From Escherichia phage vB_Eco_F22: DNA of 64,000 bases. The translations under genes were made by a program, and so were the position numbers. The notes beneath the pieces were generated by a model. It was not told the DNA's origin. It searched no databases and saw only the letters and a program-made list of their open reading frames with translations. Location of the stretch: the sequence record OP870143.1. One strand, given 5' to 3'. Below are positions 35,477-45,300 of the stretch, piece by piece; position 1 is the first letter of the stretch; every line of letters starts with the position of its first letter.

Positions 35477-35965
35477 ATGTCAGAAGAAATTAAAGTTCAC
35501 TTCACCAACTACATTGGAACCAAGTGTGTAAATGGTTTCAAGATGAACAAGGAAACATATTGCAAACTTCGTGGCTGGGATGTGCCTGCTAATGAAGACC
35601 CATTAGAAGTAGGTTACCTAGTAGAATACCCGGATTCTAAACCTAACCATGAGCAATTCCGTGGTTATATTAGCTGGTCACCGAGGGCTGCATTTGAGGC
35701 TGCATATCATGATGTAGATAAAGGCTGTAGCTTTGGTCATGCAGTAGAACTTATAAAACTAGGTCACAGACTGACCCGTAAAGGCTGGAACGGTAAGGGA
35801 ATGTATATCACCCTAGTATCTGGTGAAAATTGGGCTATGGATAAACATGAGAATACCATATGTGAGAAACGGGATTGGTTGGGCATAAAAACTGTTGATG
35901 ACCAGTTTATGCCTTGGGTTCCATCCCAATCGGATGTATTAGCCGAAGACTGGATAATTCTATAG
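35477..35965 (+). CDS. Two-domain protein with C-terminal DUF2829/Tad2-like domain (candidate anti-defense)
   Basis: VELIKLGHRLTRKGWNGKGMYITL resembles the DUF2829 signature; GAGG RBS before ATG 35477; track ORF 35279 overlaps upstream gene. Confidence 0.45.
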   Translation: MSEEIKVHFTNYIGTKCVNGFKMNKETYCKLRGWDVPANEDPLEVGYLVEYPDSKPNHEQFRGYISWSPRAAFEAAYHDVDKGCSFGHAVELIKLGHRLTRKGWNGKGMYITLVSGENWAMDKHENTICEKRDWLGIKTVDDQFMPWVPSQSDVLAEDWIIL

Positions 35966-35973
35966 GAAACTAT

Positions 35974-36267
35974 ATGGAACTCTTTAAGAAAGGGCAGCTT
36001 ATACCAAAGCGTATTGGTGGATTGCATGTTCATCGTAAGGCAAGACATCGTTTAACCTTTGGTTGTGATGTACAAATTGATGGTAACAATTGGATTGCCG
36101 TACCAGATACAGGAATTGCAATGGTTCACTGTAAGAAGTTAGGTATTCGTAGAAACAATGGTACTTATCAAAATGTACATGCTGATTTTGTAGATATTCA
36201 TTTTGAAGCCAACAGGATTGATTATGTAATCAAGACTGAACGAAAAATTCTTGTAGTTAAGAAGTAA
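35974..36267 (+). CDS. Hypothetical protein (track ORF 35914..36267, trimmed to ATG with AGGA RBS)
   Basis: Last + strand ORF before the convergent terminator. Confidence 0.4.
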   Translation: MELFKKGQLIPKRIGGLHVHRKARHRLTFGCDVQIDGNNWIAVPDTGIAMVHCKKLGIRRNNGTYQNVHADFVDIHFEANRIDYVIKTERKILVVKK

Positions 36268-36272
36268 AATAG

Positions 36273-36300
36273 AAGCCCCTCATTAGAGGGGCTTTTTTAT
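36273..36300. terminator. Bidirectional terminator at the convergence of rightward and leftward transcription
   Basis: Hairpin GAAGCCCCTC-ATTA-GAGGGGCTT flanked by A-run upstream and TTTTTTATTTT downstream, between + ORF end 36267 and - ORF end 36302. Confidence 0.7.
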
Positions 36301-36301
36301 T

Positions 36302-39300
36302 TTAGTTTACCAGGTTCATCCAAGGGTTCAGGTTGTGAGCACGTAGACCTTGCCCAAAGCCCCATGAGTAATCCAGCCCACCCTTAGCAGCAATGCTAAA
36401 GATGTTGTCCTGAATAGGCAGACCAACATTACCAAACATGGTAGGAGTTGGAGCCAGCATTGCCATTGCTGCATGCACCGGGTTATTACGAATCATGGAC
36501 ACTGCAACCTTAGCTGAACGAATCTTAAAGTTGTAGAACCACATCAAACCAACACTTTCCATATACCCACGGAAGCGACCTGGTAAACGGTCATAGTTAA
36601 CAAACTCTTCAGTTACACGTCCCAGTGCTTCTTCACGAGTCTTACCTTTACGCTGAGTCAATTCATCATAGATGATTGCTTTAGCGATAAAGTCAGAGTA
36701 CTCAACTGTCTTTTGGATACCCTGGAACAGAGCAGTATCCTTGGTGATAAGTGCATAACGTCCAGCAGTACGTACAGACTTAGGTAACTTATCTGCCAGC
36801 TTTTCCATATATTCGTGAAGTTTGCCTTCAGTAATCAGAATGTCATCACGACCGATACCAGCATCTGCAATTGAAGAGAACTCACCAGCTTCCAACAGAG
36901 GCCAGATGCTCATACGCTTATGGCTATCAGTAATGGACTGAATCTCAGCCTTAAGTTTACGAATCTGGTTCGGGTTAGTAGCTGCACGTAATTCTGCTTC
37001 TGCATCTACCTGACGCAGACGAGATTTCAGGTACTGGTTAATCTCAGCAGTTTTCTGTGGAATGCTTTTAGCAATGTTCTTAACCGGTACACCACGGGCA
37101 ACCATCTGGTAAAGGTTAGCCAAGAAGTTAACAGCAGGTACGACTACTGACTTAACTACAATCAGAGTCTTGGCTTCTTTAACTAAGTTTTGAACCAGGT
37201 TCTCACCACCCATTGTGTACTTATAAGCACGGTTGCCAAATACACCCAGCATAGCTTTCTTGAAGGTATCCAATGTTTCCGGGGACCAACGAGAATTACC
37301 AGACCAGGCATCACCTACAGAAGCTGCACGATAACCAAGTGCATCATTCAGCATGTCACGACGCACCCACAGTTCACCCTCACCAAACAGACTTTCTGCT
37401 TTCTGACGTGTTTCACTGTTCATTAGCTTAAGAGCATCAGCAGTTACTGGGTCCAGTTTAGAACCAAGAAGGTTAACGTACTGGGATTTATTAGAGGCAG
37501 ACATCTTAATGTCGTTCTCATACATGCTATGCAGGTTCTCAATCAACATATTGTTGAAACGCTGAGCCTTAGCTTCTTCCACCTGACGACCACGCCATAC
37601 ACCAATTGCACGGGCAAGGTGATTCTCGCCTTCAATGTGCTTCAGCATGTTAGGGTCAATGGATTGCTCATAGGCAACCACATTACCTTTGTCATCATAT
37701 ACAGGCAGAAGTGGTTCATTACCACGTTCACCACGAGCCAGTGCTTTAGTGATACGGTCTACGGAAGGCTTGTCAGTAATACGACCAGCTACCATCGAAC
37801 CCATCGTAAAGCCCGTACCGATGTCTACACCACCAGCAGTATTACGAACGTTTTGTAGGATACCCTGTGAGAAAGGAGCCTGTGCCTGTACCGGTGCGAA
37901 GTAGTAGCTGCGTGCTGGACCACGGTTAGCAGAGCTACCTTGATAAGTACCCAGACGTACATAAGATTTCTCAATCAAATCTCCAAACTGGCTATCTTCA
38001 GCAACAATCAGATTAACACCCTGTTTAGTCTCACTAGGGATATGCCCTTTGTACTGGTTCAAGGTTGCACGCATATCAGACTTGGCTTTAGCCATTTCAT
38101 CTTTACGCTGACCAACCAGGTAAGAAGTAGCAAAGTCCATTCCATCAACTTCTGTCTGAGCCAGAGAAGATAACATCTCACGGTCGGACTTGTTCATTGC
38201 TTCCAGTGCATACAGGGTAATCAGTTTATCCAGTTGAGCTACATCTACAGTAGAACGAGCAGCCTGACGTTCACCAAGCATACGAGAGATTGCAGTAGCA
38301 TTACGCAGCAGGTTATTACCGACTGTACCGTTAATCATGAACTGAGCCAGTTGCTTAGATTTACGACTAATAAGAGGCCAGTTACGACCAGCTTGTTTCT
38401 GCAAATCTGCTTCCAGCTTATTCACTTCACGGTCAACAATCTTCTGGTCAGATAGTAGGTCACGGATTTCAGCCAGAGACATAGTGTCACGCAGAACAGC
38501 TAAGTCAGTTTTACCCATGCCAGTGTGCATTGCTTTCCACTCATCGTTAGTCAGCTTACGGCTGAACTTAGATGCGATAGTGGTAGGCAGGTGTTCACGG
38601 AATTGCTGACGGTCTGCTTGTACCTGTGCACGAACTGCTTTAATCAAATCGTATACAGAAGCATTACTCTTAGTACGACCAGTTAAGTCATTAACCAGGT
38701 CATGGAAGGGTTGCCATACCTTACCCTGGTTCATTGCAGCCATAACACCTTCAGCTACAATTGCACCATTCTTCTCAGTAGCAATAGCAGCCACCAATTG
38801 TGCAGCATGGGCAGCACCTTTAACCAATGGATTCTTAGTATTAGCTGCAACTTCGCGAGCACTTTCTAAAGCACGAGTAGACAGTGCATCAATAGAATCC
38901 ACCAGATACTGGTTAGCACGATCAATAGCATTACCACTAGGAGTAGCAACGGAATCATAGAATGACTGTGCATTGAGGCTAGTCTGCATGATTGTCTGAG
39001 CCAGTGCATCCATACCTTCCTGTACGTTGGTAGCTTTAGTGTCACCTGCTACACGGGCATTCAAGCTAGACATTGCAGCAGTACCAATGTTAGTCAGCAT
39101 TGCATCAATGGTATTACCGGATTTCTTATCTGCTTTCATAACAGGAATGTTAGCCAGTACGTTACGTACCTCTTCACTTACCATTGCCAGACCAACAAAG
39201 GTAGGCAGTAAGGAAGAACGACCCTGTGCATCAAACTCGATATTGTTAGCACCCATGATGGTATCGAACTTCTGCTGTGCATAGTAACGGTCAGCAGGGT

Positions 39301-42300
39301 TGGTACTATCCGGGTCAGCCATGAATGCTTCAACGGTCAGATTCTTAGTAACGTGTGCATAGTATTCCTGTGCACGAGATAGAGCAGCCGGACTAATAGC
39401 AGCCTCAGTAGCCAAAGCAGCAACGATATTAGTGAACAGGCGTTGTTCCTGCATATTCATAGTGAAACCATGAGCCTGAACATCACGGGTTACTTTAGTA
39501 GCATTCACTACTGCATCAGAGAACTTACCTTTACGAATTACTTGTTGCACTGGTTCTGAACCAATGTAGTTAGTAATCAGCTTATCAAAGGTCTGCCCCA
39601 ATTCTTCCAGACGGGTATTGTCGCCATACGCCTTGTTATGGAACAAGGTAGTGTCCTTGGATACAGCAGCCGTAGGAGCCTGCCCACGCATAACTACGGA
39701 AGAGTTAAACAGTAAGCCAGAGAACATATCATCTGCATTAGCAGGAGCTTTCTTACGACCGAATACCAGACGCTTGATTGCTTCATACACAGACTGAACC
39801 ATAGTCTTCAGTGCAGTAGTCTTCTTCTGCTTACTAATTAGTTCACGGTTGGTTAAGCCCCAAGCCATGTATTCGTTCAGTGCAGCAGCTTTAGCCATTG
39901 CCGGTTCAATGAAGCCATTAGACAAGTGACCGTTAATGGTATTGAGTGCATCAGCATATGCTTCACGTACTGCCGGGGTTTCATCCTTAACATCCAGAGT
40001 ACGGAACTGGTTCATCAGGTCTTCAATATTCTGAACTGCTTCATTAGGAGTACCCTCATAATGAGCCAGTACAGATTCAAAAGTAGAAGCATGTACCAAT
40101 TCATGAACCAGAGTCTCTAAGGAAGGGGTAACTAAGTAGATGGTCTTATCATCAAAGTTAGTCCAGCCATATGCATTACCAGCTTCGGCAGCTTCAATAT
40201 CTTCCGGTGCTGGGCGAGTAATGTTCTTCTCAATAGCATAAGCATCCAGCTGAGCAGGAGTACCGTAAACAACCTTGTAGTCTTTAGCAGCAAGGGATTT
40301 CTGTACTTCTTTCAATACCGCTTGCTGTTCAGGAGACATCTCTTTAGCCAGCTTAGTGATAGCAGTATTAGACAGCAGACGTACACCAGACTTCAGTACA
40401 CGACCAACCTGTTCCATTGCTGGTACTTCTTTAACAGGTGTTTCTTCAGCAGGTACTTCTTTCACTGGTTCTGCTTTAGCAGCACGTACTGCATCACGGC
40501 GCTTATTTAATTCGGCATCAAACAGTTCGTTTAGCTTAGCTACTTGCTGGTCTACAGTCAGACCTTCCAGAGAGATTTTACCGTTGTTCACATAAGGAGC
40601 ACCTACAGCAGCCATCTGGTCAACAGTGGTCTGTACCTGGTTCATTACTTTGTGGCGAATATCTACACCTAAAGCAATGTTACGCAGATTACGTTCAATG
40701 AGGTTAACACCGGATTTCTCAATCATATCAATCTTATACTGCCTGTCTCCCTCAACACGACTGATATGGGAAAGCTGTTCAAAATCTAAAGCGGAACGAG
40801 CAATGTCATCAATTGTCTTATCTGACAACTTATTAAAGTCTACGTTCTTCATGAACTTAGAGAAGGAGTCATACACGTTCTTAATAGGATTGCCCTGCCA
40901 AGAAGTATAAACAGCCTCATTAGCTTTACGACTTGCATCAGTGATGTCATTGATACCAATGTTCATACCATCAAAGATTTTCAGGGTATTCTTCGGAGCA
41001 CCTTTCATAGTAGAAAGGGTCTGCATCATCATGCCATCACCAGTACCAATGGTCATAAATGGAATACCTGCAACACCTGCTTGTGAAGGAGCATAGATGC
41101 TCATTGGCACACGCATACGGTCGTCTAAGTTGGTAGCCAGTACTTGGTTAGCAACATCAGTATTCTCACTGCCAGCAATGTAAAAAGTCTGTGAACCAGT
41201 CTCAATCATTGGAGCCAGTGGAGACAGGGATTTCTGAATTTCATTCAGCTCTTCCTGTGTTAAGAAATCGCCCTTCTTCCAGGTTGGGTCTTTTTCTTTT
41301 TCTGCCAGTTTAGCCTGTACTGCTTGTTGGAACATATCCTGCAATACTAAAGACTGAATTTGAGTAGCCTTCTGCAAGTTCTCAGTGGAGTGCATCAGAC
41401 CTTCACCAACGGTGAACCGGATACTTTGTCTCATTGGTTCAACGAAGAAGTGCAACATGTTCTCTTGTAGGTTCTTAAGAGCATCACCAGATACAGTAAA
41501 CTCCTGGGGATCTAACTCACCAGTCAGAGCACCATCTACTTCCTTAATAAATAACTTACCTTTACGCTTAGCTGGAATCTTACCAGTCAGTGCTTCCATA
41601 GAAGTAAGGAAGGTATCCAGCATAGCCTGAGCATCTGCCTCAGACGCAGCCTCCTTACCAAACAATGCCATAGCTGGGGAAATGCTAGGGTCAGTAGCAC
41701 GTGCTTGTAGAACGTCACTGAGGCGTTCGTAGATGGCGTCAGTAATTGCACTAACCATCTTGCCAGCAATACCACGAGCACCAGAACCATAGATGGTAAT
41801 GGTCAGGGGGTTTTTAGCGATGCCACGTTTCAGGTCCAGAGTACCGTCTTCATTCAGGTTAAAGTCTTTAATGAACAGGTCCATTAGCTTCTGGAGATGA
41901 TCCATCTGGCTCATAACAGGAACGTTGTTACGGTAAGCACTACGTAATTCATTTAGATAGAATTGCAAACTATTGGTAGATGCTTCATACAGGTCAACAT
42001 TATCGTCGATAGAGCAATGTTCGTTCATCGTTTTACCAGCACGACCAAAGAACAAACCACCCTTGGCAGTATTCTTAATCCAATTTGGAGTGAACTTACC
42101 TCCAGTCATTAATACCATTGCGTTGATTGGGCCGTTGGTTACACCATCGGCTTCAACGTACAGAGGAGTATTAAAATTAGCACGGTTATCACTGTTCAGG
42201 TAACGGGCATATTCCATCAGAGCCATGAGAGCCACGAAGGATTTGTTATCACCCAAAGAGGTCTTCAGGATATCTACTGCATCTGTCGGTAAGTGCCCAG

Positions 42301-45300
42301 ACTTATCAAACTCAACCATCATATCAACAGCAGGTTTCAATTTGCCTTCCAGAGCTTTAGTCAACTCTTCAGACATAGCTTCACGGGACATTTTATGTAC
42401 CTTGATGCCTAATGCCTGAGCCAGTCCTAACTGGAAGTCAGAGAACGCTTGGCTATTTTCATTACTCAGGTCAATAGTAGAGAAGGTTGGCAGAATTGCT
42501 TCACGAACCAGCTTACTGGATTGTGGGTTGTTCTTACCAAGCATCTGCATACGACCTACTCGGGTCATGTTATAGCCATAGTGAATGGGGGTATCCAAAC
42601 CATTCTCTTGTTCTTTTAGATGATTAATTAAACCGAACAGAGAATCATATGCCATAGATACTGATAAGTTCTTACCTTCCAGTGATTTAGCATTATTTTT
42701 ATTCAGCAAATCAGGATTAAGAGTACCAGCACCCATTAGTTCCAGAATGCTGTCTCGACCCAATGCTTCATAGAAGTTAACCATCGGCATGTGTACACGG
42801 AACTCAGTAGCCTGTTCAGCTTTCAGTGCAGCTTTCTGTTCGGGGGTATTCTTAACAGCAGGATTACGTAACTGAGTTTGGGCCACGGAAGGAATGTCGT
42901 CACCAAAGTACATTTTCTCTTCCGGATTTACCAACACAGCTTCTTCAATTGCTGTAGGGAAATTATTAATAGGGTCTTTATCAGCCAACTTATTAATAGT
43001 GTACAGACCAATAGTCTTATTAGAGTCCGGGTCAATCTCAGACACATCCAGCATAGTCTCTGTAACTGCACCCATCTCAATGAGGGAAGACAGAATCTCT
43101 GTAGCCATTGCCACTGGAATGCCTTTTGTATAACCCAGTGGTGCATTAGGGTTACGATTCAAACCCCAATAAGATTCAATCTTCTGAGCCAGTGAGCTAG
43201 TAGCTTCGACCAGGGTCTGGGCATTCTCAAATTCAGCCAGAATACTTTCTGGTAACAAGGATGCTTCTACTCCAGTAATGGCAGCTACGTCTTTTATGTC
43301 TTTAATGGCAGCATTCTGTGCAGCAGTCAGTCGCCATTGCAGACCAGCAAGCACGGCAGTCTCTAACAACTGGTCATTGAACTTAAAGGTATCACCATCT
43401 TTTTCAACGATATTCAGCAGTTTGCCACCTACCCAACGGTTAGCTTCAGTACCTTCTGCAAAACGTTTACCAACGTTCTTATTAGCAAGGAACTTAGCCA
43501 GTCGTTCAGACAGAGTAGTCTTCAGTGTTTCCCCAAAGTCCATCAAATCTTGGTAACGTTCTAACACATCACCCGTGAGAGCGTTATTTTCTTTTTGAGT
43601 GAATGCTTCAAAGCGAGCAGCAGAAGACAGTGCTTGCTTAATATCAGCTAAAGGAGATTCAGAACCAATGGTACGGGACTTGGGTTCTTCTGGCAGGGTA
43701 AATGCTTTCAGGAACTGGTTCGGTGTCTTTTCATTGTTATAGACAGGGAACACTGTTTCCATCTCAGAAAGAGGTTTGCCACCTACTGTATAATCTGCTT
43801 TTAGCTGAGCCAGCGATACTTCATCTTTCTCCACGTTGTTAGTGTTACGGCCAGAGGTATCTACACCAACCAGAATCTGTGCATTATTGGCTTCAACGAA
43901 AGATTGAACAGTATTGAATTGTTCAGCGGTCAGCTTTTGATTATCAAACAGTTGTAGGGACACAAACGGTTGTTCACTGCCTTTATAGAAAGTAGAGCGA
44001 ATAGAACCAGTATCCAAAGACATATCACGATAGCCATCATGCCCAAATACGTCAGACAGGCTGATATGGTCGCCATTAGAACCAACCACAGTACCATCAG
44101 CAAACAACCACGGACTCTCTCTACGGTCACCACTCTTATTAAGAGTTTCCTGTGAAATGGTATTTTCTTTCACATAAGCATCTCTTTCAGATTCAGTAGG
44201 TTGCTCAATGGTATCCTCATTAGTGAGGGTAGCATCTACTGTTTCAGGCTTAGTAGTAGAAACTTCTTCTGTTTTTGGGCTAGTCTCCTTAGTAGGAGCA
44301 GTCTTATTTTCTACCACTGGTTTAGCTTTAGGCTGTACAGTAGTAGTGTCCTCTTGCACTGGTGCAGGAGTTTCATCAACCTGATTCACTGGTTCATTAG
44401 TCTGTTGAGACTGAGTGGCATCAAGACCACCTTGACGGAACTCTTTAACTACCTGGGCAGCAGGCTTGTTCAGACGTGAATCCAACGAGGTAACTTTCAC
44501 ATGAGAAACATTAAGCTCCGGGTAAGCCGTAGCAAGTGCATTAGCAATATCAGCTACGGTTTTGGCCTCCAGTCCTACTTGCTGTGCAAACTTAACAGAC
44601 TTGGTATCGTAAGGATTAACACCGAGGCCAGTACGACTACGTACCCATTCACGGGAAGGCGAGAGAGCCTGATAATGAACAGACTTATTCTTATCCGCAT
44701 TCCCCGAAATCAGATGCTCATTCAACGCTCCGACCTTATTCTGCATGTGCTGGGCGAACTTCATAAAGTCGCTCAGATAAGCGGAGGCCAAATCGAAGTT
44801 ACCAGAGTTATACGCAGAACGAATGCGTTTCGCATGTTGCAACGCAGAGTACTGTCCTTCATTAGAACGAGACTCGTCGGTTTTAATCTGTTTACTAACA
44901 ATGTCTTGAGGACGTAAGCCTAGTTCTTCTGCTTTAGCGTCGAACTCTCGTGCACCCTGTAACAAGGCAGCAGCAGATTGCAGGGCAGCACGTTGACGAT
45001 TCCCCAGTGTAATCTTACCTTCGCTTGCGTGCTTCAGAACCATGTTCACTGAATCTGCATCCAGTACTTCTGGAGATACATCAGCAGCCATAGCAATGTT
45101 GTTTGCTTGGGCTTGATTAGCTTCTTCAGTAGCTTTCAGCTTACCTGCTTCAGCCTGTTCCTGAATCATAGAATGGATGGCACGGAATGCACGAAGTACT
45201 TTAGGGGTATTCTGTACGTTAGCCATCAGACCAGAGAACTGGTCTACGATTGCAGCAGCAGGGGAACCCTGTTCCAGATTAGCCAGAGCACCCGGGTCAC

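Noticed and set aside
44201-44917. Cys/Ser-rich + strand ORFs suggesting small cysteine-rich peptides
   Set aside because: They lie inside the vRNAP gene on the opposite strand and reflect codon composition of the antisense frame
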